Shown here: positions 47,229-59,806 of the stretch, piece by piece | How the letters are laid out: every line of letters begins with the position of its first letter | Position numbering within the stretch: the stretch's first letter is position 1 | DNA from: Antedon mediterranea | Taxonomy: Eukaryota > Animalia > Echinodermata | Assembly (NCBI RefSeq): GCF_964355755.1 | Contig: NC_092680.1 | Span: 2,232,001 to 2,296,000, forward strand | Direction: 5' to 3' | Length of the DNA stretch: 64,000 bases | Position numbers and translations under genes: made by a program | Notes under the pieces: generated by a model | Told to the model about the DNA's origin: nothing | Database searches by the model: none | The model's input: the letters and a program-made list of their open reading frames with translations, nothing else

Positions 47229-49628
47229 GGGAAGCACATTAAATTAAACCAACTAGGCAACTGTACTATCGCCTTGCCCATAAATAATACTATTCATGAT
47301 ATGTTAAAACATTCTATATTAATAGGAATCACATTAAATTAGATGTGATTATACTAATACTTACACTACTTATTTTTTTGAAGAAAAGCGCGATTTACAA
47401 AAAAAATCACAATAGGCCTAAATTTAGAATTTTTGTTACCCTTAAAAACGAAAGGAATAAAAAAAACATTACACATGTTCGTTAGTAAATTGGAACAGGA
47501 AATCGCACAAGTGTGCCTAAAATCGCACAAGTGTGCCTAAATGTATGCTACGCCTCCGGTTTAACACGAAGGGAATCAAATTAAATTAGAAATTAATATA
47601 CCTAGATCAATATCGATTAAATCGATATAATATATCTGATTTACACAGAAATTGCAACTAAAGTTGAGTATGCAGATTAACAACAAGATCGAAAATTAAA
47701 TTCTAAAATATTTCTATATTGAGAAGTTTTTTTTCTATAAGCTTTATATAGGTTATATTTCTGTTTAGGCCCTATAAATAAAACTTGAAAGAACTATTGG
47801 AAACAAATTAAATAGGTTATGTATGGGTTTGAAAAGCGAATCACATCAAGTCCATTATATCTATAATAAATGTATAAATATAAAGCCAGAATAAAAATAA
47901 TTATAGACATAAAAATAATCTTTAAACAAAAAGATGCAACACTACATGGCCTGTTTTTAAAGTTTTTAAGAAAATCATTTAAATCTTATTCTAAACATAA
48001 CTAGAAGGGTTAATTATACGATAAATTGTCCGAGGTTGCAATCTCCAATATTAAAAAATTGGTATAAAAACGTAAATAAAAAAAAGGGAATCACATTAAA
48101 TTAAATTAAATAATTTCAAATGTACCACCAAAAATTGTAATAGGCTTAGGCCTATGTAAACAAATTATAAACAATATTATTTACCGAACAAAAAGACGCC
48201 TATGGGAAATCACATTAAATTTAATTAAATCATTTTAAATGTACCTACACTAATATCGTAGGCCTAGGCCTAGTAAAACAAACCAAATATATCAAATATT
48301 TTTAGCGAACAATAATGCTTAAATTTCTAGTAAGTAGGGAATCACATTAAATTAAATGTACTCTCATTACAGCTAAAATCACCCGTCAAAAAATATACAG
48401 GCACTGTGTGACTTATCATTAAAAACCAATATGGAAAGAAATGTTCGACACCATCACATTTATTGAACATTATTTCTAATAGGGAATCACATTAAATTAT
48501 ATACCAGTCTAACAAACACGATACGACAGTAAAACAAAAGTATCAATACATTGACATTTAAAAGTTAAAATTCTCTTTAATCGAAATGTGTAAAAAAAAA
48601 ATGTTGATAAAAAATATCTATATTAGGGAATCACATTAAATTAATATCTTGAACACTCAAACCAAGCTAATTCACAGAAAATATATACCAGGTACTAATT
48701 GTACATAGGCTTATGTCATCATTACAGTATTTAAATGTGCACGAATACAACATAACTAGTAGGGATGTAAGGGGAATCACATTAAATTAAATCCATGAAA
48801 CCTAAAGCTAGCTAATTAAATACGTTTTTATTTAAGTTTCCCTGGTTACTTGGATTATAATTACTGTAACACTAAAATATGTATGGATACAATGTACCGA
48901 ACAATTCGAATTTGAGAGGGAATCACATCAAATTAAAGCCTGAATTCCTCATTCATGGCCTATAATTAAATAAATGCAATATAGGCCAATCATCAATGAA
49001 GACATCATTAGGCGGAAAAAATACATAAGCAATATTAATTTAGGATTATAATTTCTTCTTTTTAATTAATGAGAGTGAATCAGAGATTTAACCTTATACA
49101 CAGACGTATAAGCAAAATAATGTAGTGGCATGGGGGGCCTACTCATTTTATGAAACGGCATCGCAGCAGACAACGAAAGGGAACCATGAATTATATTTAA
49201 TAACACGTGTTGGCAGGAGCAAGACAACTGATGGAATATTTTACATCATCATACACAACTCTACGGTAACTCAAATGTTTACAACAAGGAAATCACATTA
49301 AGTTAAACATTATTCATTAACAACAATAACTAATTAATATATTTAGGGCTAATGGAAAAATAAAAGATTGTTTTGCATGATGCGAGTCTTGAAGGGTAGG
49401 CCCTGTTCATGTTTTTTGGATAGGCCAAGTTTCGATTGCTTTACATGGGAATCACATTAGATTAATGCTGGCGGTAACACTCGCTACGAGGTCACCGACC
49501 AACCTAGTACAGTAGTAGTTATGATACTAATTTTGTCGAACTAAATGAATATTATGAATAAATAATTAAATTGTTTTTAATGATATATAGAATATATACA
49601 TTTTTGAACAGGGAATCACATTAGATTA
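47229..49628 (+). repeat. Interspaced direct-repeat array of the 18-mer GGGAATCACATTAAATTA (at least 13 copies, diverged spacers)
   Basis: Exact copies at 48086, 48337, 48482, 48626 and 48772. One-mismatch copies at 47229, 47324, 47571, 48918, 49447 and 49611. Two-mismatch copies at 48205 and 49288. Weak traces at 47836, 49075 and 49794. All are on the same strand. Confidence 0.92.
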
Positions 49629-51954
49629 GCCATGCGTTACAGAACAGGTTTTCACATCGTTTTAATAATTGTGTTGCTCTGCATTATGTATGCGGACACG
49701 ACAAACTGTTAGGCTTATAGGAACGCTGAGGAGGAGATACCGTTATAAATAATGTACGGATAGTCTGTGGTGATTGTTTTGGTCATCGTAATTAGAAATC
49801 ACGTGATCTTAACGGTGCTATTTCAACATTTGATATACAGTAGTAGTATTACGTACGGTATAAAATGACGTTATTCATCATTTTAAAACAATTTATCGGT
49901 AACATACTATTTTATATTGAACTACTAATTGTGAGTGAGGTATTGTTATGGAAATGCACTGCAATTAAACCATTTTTTAAAACTTGACCTTTTATGAAAT
50001 GTTATTCAACATTTATTTTGTTGTTTGTAAACGTTCAATAACAACGAACAAAAACAATAATTGAAAATGGATCTTTATGGACTATATAATTATAAATTTG
50101 CTGGGTTATATCACATTTGTTTTTGTGTACTATATATAACCTAGACATTGTATGTCTCCATCTTTCTACATTAATTAACCTATATTTTAGATAGTATTTA
50201 GATTTAGATAGATCAGTATAGTTCTCTTGCAAAATAATGACAATTTAATACTTAATTACTATATGTACTGAAAGTCATGCTAGCTTTGATTAATTCTATC
50301 AATATTCCGAAGCGTTTAAAATCACTTGAGGACACTCTAGCTAATTCTTCCACAACTAAAGTCAAGGTAGAAATGCTAATCTTATCGGCTAGACGGTATG
50401 TGTTTATTATGCAATGGTAAGCTGGTCCAAGGGCGTGTCCTCATCAGGTGAAGGATATTGAAAAAAAGTTAACTTTGATGGTTTTAATCGAAAATGAAAT
50501 AAATATATTTGTATTTTTTATGTATAATTTATAAGGAGGAATATTAAGAAAGGAGTAGGCCCAAAAAAGTTAAATTGGGGAAGTTTTTACCGGAATTTCC
50601 CGTTTGAAATTTCCAAAGGTAAGAATAAGGATAAGTGGTACTGTAGTAAATATAGTAAACTCTTTCAATGCGAGTACAATTTAAAAGTGAAATTTAAGAA
50701 AAATCTACCTACAATGGTAATTTATTTTCGTAAAATCATTAATAAAATAAATTAAAATACAAATTAAAAAAAGTATTAACCATATATTTTACAATTTCGC
50801 TTTCCTCTGGTAAACTTGTTTTGGTTATATTTTAGGCCTTTTTATAATCCTATAAAATATGTAAAACATATGCCAACTAGTACAAAGACACATATAGGCC
50901 TACTGTTTATGGTCATCATGATTAAGGCTATACTATACATATTTACATAAATATAGTTACCAGCAGCAGCAAATCAGTATAACAGAGGTTGATTTGTACA
51001 ATGATTTATTAAGTTCATTTTAATTAGGCCCACGCAACAGGTATACATGTTTATTACCAAAATAGCATACTGTTGAACATGTGAAGGTTTACCATTTGCA
51101 TAATCGTATGTTATACCAGGCTATCTGTGTACATAATTATCAAATGAATTATGATTTAAATTAATATTTTATGCAAACAAATCAGTCATCAACCAAATAT
51201 GCATTAATTTAAACACAGCTAAAATAATAACAATAAGACAGATACTAAACAATTATTATAGACTTTGTTGACAAGATCACAAATAAGTTACTATTATTTA
51301 TTATTATTAACATGTGTTGTGTCTACGATGCCGACGTGTATCCGTAGTATTATTGTTACTGTTTATATAATGTATACCGCCGCGATTGACTTCGTTCCGC
51401 CTTACCTTAAAGCGTTTTACTTGTCAGCACTCCTATAGACTTATCCTACGACGAAAAACTCTCATAGTAAACCTGCAACACATTAAACACTGCTATATAG
51501 ATAATAAGTTGTGAAAACTAAATAGTATATAAGTCCACTACTCTTAATCATCACTCCGTTCTCTCTAACGTAATGGGGAAGACACAGACATTCACCATGG
51601 TTTTAAACGAATGCTTAATTTGGATTTAAACTTATTGTAAAGGATCCCTCTACGGCAGACAGACGAACCCTCGTCATTAAATATATCCCCGAGCGAGAGA
51701 GCTGCTTGCACGAACAGCCTGTCTATAGAAACGGCTACCCTTCTATCATTTCAAAACATCAGACATACAAAATTGATCCATTTACGCATGGCGGTATTAA
51801 TCAATATCCAACGCATTGATTTACCGTTGATGTAAACTGATAGATTATATGATAGCGTGGGACATTTTTTGTTGTTAATGTACCCACATTTTATAAGACG
51901 ATACGCTTTCATATAATATCATTCATCTTACTCTGCTTATTCCACGGAACATAC

Positions 51955-52076
51955 CAAACTAGTGTGATGTACCCAAGTATGGTAGTGATATGCTCAAATA
52001 TGGTAGTGATATGATGTCCATATATGGGCACATCACATATTTTTGTCACATAAAGTTTGATAGTGTAGACAGAGCT
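51955..52076. mobile_element. MITE family A copy (left end lost)
   Basis: GTGATGTACCCAAGTATGGTAGTGATATG...AAAGTTTGATAGTGTAGACAGAGCT. Confidence 0.8.
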
Positions 52077-55000
52077 TTAAGTGACCAATAAGAATACTGT
52101 ACTAAAAAATCGATGCGCACGTACACAATATGTAGGCCTATTACGCATGCGTCAATGTCATGTAGTCTCCATTTTGTCTGTTGATGTAAAATGTCTTGAA
52201 TATGTAGCTCTACATACATACTAATTTGTAGTTTCAGTCGAAATTTAATTACCGAATTCGGCTTGTTACATATCTTATAATCAGTATTATTAATATTGTA
52301 ATAATGGATAATGAATTCTATTGTAATTATTGAACTTCAAACGCGCACCGTATAACAACAAGATTTAAATTTTACAATAAACATTCAAAAGCCTTAATTA
52401 TTATTACTATTATCAATTTTTATTTCAAAACATTATGTTTAATATAGGTGTAGGCCTGGCTGTATATAGCTATACTGGATAAGGTGTAATAACACAAGGA
52501 AAACACACTCATATATAAATCCCTTTTATACAACCATTTTGTAGCAAGTCAATATTTTCAAATCTGATTTATTTTTGTTTTCTCATTCGTGATCTAATTT
52601 ACATATTATGTATTTGTACAACGTCTGCCATGTCATAATGCTCAATGTTCTAACAAATATAGAAATACTCGATTTTAACCAAATCTATATACAGTACCGT
52701 AATATTCACGTAATTCACTGTACAAATTGGTATAGAGTACAAACCCCTATATTAGTTGTCCCCTGATTAGGGTGGTCCCCTTAATAAGGCTTATATTAGG
52801 CCTATACTTTCGTAATACGGGGTTTCTCCTGAATAGGAGGTGTTCCAAAGGAAAGGTTATTATATATACTTTGTATAAATTTACTTTGGCCTATTCTTCA
52901 TTTACATATTAACACTCTGATATATATTTACACAGTCTCTCACTCTTGCAGTCTGTTATGGCATTATGCTCACTGCAATCCTGCAATGTAGGCCTAACTT
53001 GATTTCAACATTTCTAATCTGATTCGATTCTCGTTTAAATTGGATATTCATGTAGGAGGCGTGAGTGTATGATGCATAATAATAATAAAGTGTTGTCTAT
53101 TGAATACGGTACTTGTGAATGCGTAAATCTATTTATCTAAATTGTGTTGCATTGCACCCTGGAAATAATCAAAATACAAAATAATAAAACAAAATAAAAG
53201 CATTACCTGCATAAAACCAGATTTCTACCTTAAAAACCGAGTAAACATATATCAGTATAGTTTTTATATTTTTTCAAGTTGTTAATTTTGATGACAATTT
53301 AAGCCATTCAAATAGCACTATATTACTGTAGGTTATTATAGATAAAACTATATTTTGAAGTAACATTAATTCTCTAATTTTAATCTTAATAAAAAAATAA
53401 TTTTTAATGTTACCTATCGGTACAACTGGTTATAGATATATCAATCGTTATGGATAAAACTTACTCAACGTAACATAACTTTAAAAGATCAGCCGTTATA
53501 GTCTTTTGTTAACAACAATTATCAAGGCATACATATAATTATATTGGTATTTTCAAGCCTACAGGTATGTGTAAAACATTGCTGTAACCGGTAAATGATA
53601 ACGATGATAATTTATATAAGTCAATGTGTTATCAGCTTTTATCGAAGGTTCATACACTAATGATAAAAACATAATGATATTACAAAGCTATGAGTTCTGT
53701 TTTATGATTGGCATATAACAATGAAATACAGAATATATTGACAAAAGTAACACACAAATAAATAAAAGGTAATTCATTTTTTATTAAGGTGCTTAACACC
53801 GTCAACAAAATTACGCGCGCGTACAAAAACACATAGTAATCAACGTCAAAAGAAAACATCTTCGCGAATTCAATTTGATTTAAAATAACCACCACACTTT
53901 CACAAAAAGTTCATAATAATGGTTTCAAATTTGACCGACTGATCACAAAGTAAAGGTTACAATTCTAATTTATTCATTACTATCGCAGCATAATTAAATT
54001 ATTTTATAAATTAAATTATATGTTCCAATTTGTTGAACATTATTATTAGACTTGTTGAAGAACAGTATCATTTTATTTAACACCAAACACAATTTTATAT
54101 GAATATTTAAAGTAGTATTTTTAAGTAGGCCTAAACTTTGTATTTTAAGGACAATGTAAGTGATATGCTTAGTACGGTACCGTAGTATAGTAGTGAAGGT
54201 GATATACTAGTAGTATTTAAGGACAAATATCTCACTTAAAGGATAAACTAAGTATTTAAGGTTTCAGAAAACATCGTTTTCAGCAACATTGTGTGTTTCC
54301 TAATTTCATTTGGCGGATTGGGAACAAAGGTGATTGAATGCTATTACCCTAATTTATCTAAAACGGTTACATAATTAATAATTAATGGATATCTCGTTCA
54401 AAAATGTGTATATTAACTAATTTACGTGTAACACATTGCTGTCTCATAGACCCATAAAATGTGATCAGATCATATCAAATTCTAATCGCATATAAACACA
54501 GTGTTATCAATGTACAAATATATCAAATATTAAAACTTATTTGTTCGTTTGTCTACTAGCAAAGTTCATTTTCATAATAAATTACCTTTCAAATAGAACA
54601 AATAAAAAAGGATGATTTCACTGGGTATATTCGGAGACAAGAGTTTGCTACGAAGAAGAAATTGGACGATAATGGCTGAGTGAAAAGACTAAAAAAAAAG
54701 AGCTGAAGATCCTAAAGAGTGGTAGAGACGTCAATGAGAGACAAGAGACAAACTACTGCGTACGCGTATTAATTCTGATGTTCAGCTTGAGTACGCGCAT
54801 TGACTACATGATGATATCACATCAGAAATTGATTTTATAGCAGGGGATAAGATTGTTTTATTTACATTGCTAAACATGCCAATTTACTATAGTAAACATT
54901 TGTGAGACGTATAAGCTTTTTCAATATAAACACGTAGAGGTCATTATGTAAACACAAAGGTCATCCATAACATATCTTAGTCGCAAATTCTAAGTTAATC

Positions 55001-56252
55001 ATAATTATATGTGTAGAATAGCTAAACAGAGATATTTTGATTGTACAATCACCTGCTTGTTGTGACGGTAAATCGCAAAATGCACGACAAGATTACCGTA
55101 AACCACGCCTCATGCCTTTAATAGAACACTAAAAGGTTGGTTCATAGCTCATTGTAACTTTCATAGGAAAAAAAATCTACGGTATCGATCATTATAATGA
55201 CGTCATTTACTTGATCGACACTAGTCAATGTTTTTAGTGGTAAGATTCTAGTTATTGTAGTATTTATATTGTCTTATTCAACACTTCTAAATATGATATA
55301 AACGTTTTATTATGTTATAATGATTTCTACAGGAAGACATGTTCAGTAGTATTTATCATGTCATAACCTTTGATCTAGGCACATTTTAAGTGTTTTACTA
55401 TAGACCTACACTTCCATATATGTTTATAGAGGTACCTATTTTCGTTGATTTGTATAATACGCTATTCCATCCATATACCTGTATAACATTTTAGATAAAA
55501 ATGAAACAGACGATAGGTGTAACTATCTTATAAGGCGGGGAAAACAGAGTGTCTTCTTTATAGTGTCCCCTGAATAGAGATTGGGCCAGAATGTTGACAC
55601 ATTTCTGTCCGTCGTCGATTTTGGTTGCTGTCTTAATAGGGGTGTCCCCAAGTAGGGTTTTCTGTATTAGTTTAAAATTAGAAATTCTAATTTTAAATAG
55701 AAAGACTTTGATACGGACATGTTGGTCTGATACAGAGATTTTCAACAGATAAATTCTAAGTTTTATCTGTATCAGTCTTAAGTTTATTTGCTAATTAAAG
55801 GTGACTCGATGTACCATACTCACGCCATATGTTGACTCGCTGTTTAAACTCGTGTGTAAACTTATTTCTGACTGACATATCGTAATGTCAATCAGACAAA
55901 TGTGTGTAAATACATAGGTGGTAATTTATTTTTGACACAGACAACAATCGTAACACAGTGAACAAGACAAACTGGCTGAAGTACTGCGTTTACCATCGTT
56001 ATCAAATGGCTACTTTTAAGGCAGCAGGCTATCATTCATGCACATGCAAATATACCATTTTAAGGTAGTTAATCTAAGGAAGAGTGAAATTATACTCTTC
56101 CTTGGTTAATCTTAAACGAAAAGAGTGAAGATTTAGCAGCAACATAAAGGGAAACATCCCTCCTTCTTTTCCAAGAGAAAACTAAACAAACCAAAAATAA
56201 GTTTTATCTGTGGAGAGTTTGTTCTTTAGCATGCTTGTGCTGGTTTTGGTAA

Positions 56253-56405
56253 AGCGCTGTCTTCACTATAAACCTAGTGTGATGAGCCAAAATATGATTG
56301 TGATATACCCAAATAATATGGTAGTGATATGACATCAAATTCATCATGTCCACTATGGGCACATCACATTTTTTTGTCACATAAAGTTTGATAGTGTAGA
56401 CAGCT
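56253..56405. mobile_element. MITE family A copy
   Basis: AGCGCTGTCTTCACTATAAAC...AAAGTTTGATAGTGTAGACAGCT. Confidence 0.75.
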
Positions 56406-58748
56406 TAAGACAAAATTAACTTTTATCTTAAGAGGAGAGAGTTTGTTCCTCTGCTTAGCTTGTTTTGTACTGCCTTTTTCAAAGTTAAGTTAAATCTTTG
56501 GTGAGTTTGTTCTTATACATTGCTTGAACCAACATTAGAGTATCTTAAAATGAGAGTGTGTCTTTGAAAATGTCTGTTTTAAATAATTCTTAATGATTTT
56601 CATTTTTCAAGTAATATTTTGTTTGGTTAATTTTCCTGTTTTCTAACATTTTCTGTATGACAACATTTTATTTTATTATTTTTGTTTTGTTTTTTCAAAA
56701 GTGTTATGATGCCTGTACAAAGTTCAATTCCGTACCGCCCTCAACATGTATAACATCATTTCACGGAAACGTTATTTTCACACACATAAAATTGAAAAGA
56801 TTTTATTATCGAATGATACAAAACATAAGGTCATCGCTCCATTGTCAACTATTGTATCCACCCACAACAATAATACAAAAAAGAAATACATATACAAAGA
56901 CGAGGGTTATAACACGATAACTACATTATATTTATCTTAAAAGCAGAGACATCTCTGAACACAACCTAATCCTATGTGCCGTGTTTTCAATAGATGTTTT
57001 TAGAACTACAATTCTATTCTTTGGAATTTGTGCTTAGTCAGACGACCACACTTAAATTCCAATTATCGTATTATGCTTACAAAATAATAGAAACGAAAAT
57101 AACTGAAACGTCAGACAAACTTTCACAAATAAATTATTGTCGAATCTTGTTTTCTATATTATAATCATCTTCATCATTATCATAAATAATCACCATTGTC
57201 ATTAAAGAAATCAGCATGAACAATAGTTATACTACTGTATTCATTTGACTATTTGACCATATGTAGGTTAATTTTTGAACCTTAGAAATGTTACTTATAA
57301 AATTTAAATTGAATATTAGAGTACCTTTTTTCAATATATTTCTATTAGTGACTGAAATGTCAATTGAATATATCATAAAGGTCAACCTTTGGCTATTGAC
57401 TTCCGTAATTGATCAATGGAAATCGACTTTTTAACATTAACGCATACATAATTTTAATTTCGTAATTTGATCAGCTTTATAGAAAAAGATATCAATATTT
57501 ACATTTCGTGGTTGTAATGAAGATCACCATACACGCCCAAAGATGTTGTTCAGATGTTGATGAAACAATGCGCGCGTAACTTTGTGTCGCACAATATTAA
57601 ATGTATCTTTAAATTATTTCTTATACAGAGCAAACATATTGAATATCTTAATCTTATTGCTATCATAACCTGGCAGTAACACAATATTCTTTAAATGGTA
57701 TAAAAGAATGAACCAATAATATCAATCGACAAAGTTATACGGAGTCTCGTGAAACTTTATTCTTCTTTTAATACTTAGGCCTATTTGATATTTACACTAG
57801 TTAGACAGTTATTTATCTGTTTGCTAACTTGATCAATCAATCAATTAAAATACTAGTCATTAGGTCAAGTAACTAATCATTATACTATGAAACCTCATCA
57901 ATCAATCAATCGGTCAAGCAATCAATTGCATAATCCAACCACGAGCAAACAACAGGTTCGGAATAAAACTGATTTCTAGATCAGCATCAAATCTAAAATC
58001 AAGTAAATACAGACAACTTTCTTTTCGACTGTATACTTTTCAATTTAACTTACGGTGTAAATGTATGCTTTTTTTTACTGTTTTCAAATAAATGTTATGC
58101 AAATAATGACAAACTAAAACTAATTAATTTGCTGAGTATGTATAATTCAACATATAAACCGTTAACAATAACTTGAACGAATAGTTTTGTTGATTTATAA
58201 ATAAATAAATGTAAACAAACTGCTATGTGATTCGTTTGCGTAGATCTTGAGGAATCAGTACGATTTCTTTTCTATTTTCAGTTACTCATTTGCCACAAAT
58301 AAATTAACAAAATAATTAATGTAACCAGAACATCCAATCCAATTAGGCTTATGAATTTTAACGAATATTTTCCTATTATTGTAGCGTATGTACAAAACCC
58401 AATAAACGCGACATAACGTAATCGAACATGGAATGAAAACATTGATTGTCATAAGATTTTTTTTCTTATTTTGATTGTGATAATTTATTCTGAATTTTCT
58501 TAGAAAGTTACTCCCACGAAATAGTGAAAATTATACAAAAATATGAAAATTACAATGAGACATAATTGAAGTTGGCTATTCGTCCGTATAATCGGGTATG
58601 TATTACCGAAAATACAATTACCTACTGAGTTAACGATCCTTAACAATAATTGAATGTTATAAAGTAAAAAGTGTAAGTTTGGGTCACTAAACAAATGATA
58701 TGTATGTAGGCCTAGATCCAGAATGATAATTTTCAAAAATATTAGGCC

Positions 58749-58869
58749 TATGGCTATATGGAGAGCCATATGGCTATATGGAGAGCCATATGGCTATGTG
58801 GAGAGCCATATGGCTATGTGGAGAGCCATATGGCTATATGGAGAGCCATGTGGCTATATGGAGAGCCAT
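58749..58869. repeat. 20-bp minisatellite (TATGGCTATATGGAGAGCCA)x6
   Basis: Near-perfect tandem copies. The junctions form the palindrome AGCCATATGGCT. Confidence 0.95.
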
Positions 58870-59702
58870 TATTTTTTTTACTTTTTGGCATCAAAACGAC
58901 AGTTTATAAAGTTGCGAATGAGCTTCTGAGGTATAAAGAGTAAAAATTAAACAACATTTAAAAATCAAAGATCATGTGAAATTATTTTACCAAATGGCTA
59001 AAGGGCATGTGATTCAGATATTTAAAAATCTTGAATTTATTGATTATTATGTTATATCGAATATTAATGAGATTGATAAACTATAAACAGCCGTTTTAGA
59101 GGAGGAATACAAATAAACACAAAGCGAATGGCAGTGAGACTTATTCACAGACAATCAGATCATGACTAGGCTCCGGAACGTTCTACCCTTAGGCTTGGTG
59201 CCACAGCTATTGCATTTAAAGTGGTTTTCTCATATTATACATACATTTTCAAGTGAATTAAGATGTTTATGATTTAAAACCATGTCAAATATATAGTTAA
59301 ACAGTGCTATTAAATCTATTAGTATTTTGCCTCACGACTAAACCCGTGCTTTATTGTGACAGCTTCAACTAAACATTTGAAAGACATGAAGAGCAAAGGA
59401 CAGTTTAAGTATACTGAGATTTGAATCTATTTTGTTTTTTATCTATTTTTTGTAATTAAAAATAAACATATTAGAGGGCATAATTGTGGTCCTTCTTTTT
59501 GAAATTATTAGAAACTTGTTTTTCTTTTTAAAATAAATTATTTTCTATGAAATAAGGACAGGATAGTAAATAAACACAATAGTAGCCATAAGATAGACCT
59601 TAAAAATGACCGTTAATAACAGTATATTAATTATTTGTATGTATTTTATATGTTGTGTCTACTGTAAATTGTATATGGCAGAAAATTGAATAAAACAAGT
59701 AA

Positions 59703-59806
59703 TTTTAGTCGCGTGCAAACGCCACTCTACAGCTCACTATGCCGGTCGGTCGATTGGTCGGGCGGTAAACACTAACTCAAATTATACTCATGTATGGCCT
59801 TGTTTA
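59703..59806 (+). mobile_element. DINE-1/HINE-like short element, second copy
   Basis: TTTTAGTCGCGTGCAA..ACTCTACAGCTCACTATG.CGGTCGGT...ACACTAAC...TATGGCCTTGTTT, shared with 3743-3856. Confidence 0.65.

Noticed and set aside
47229-49628. CRISPR array interpretation of the interspaced 18-mer
   Set aside because: The context is eukaryotic with a spliced gene and no cas genes. The repeat is too short, the spacers are 100 bp or longer and variable, and some spacers are homologous to each other.
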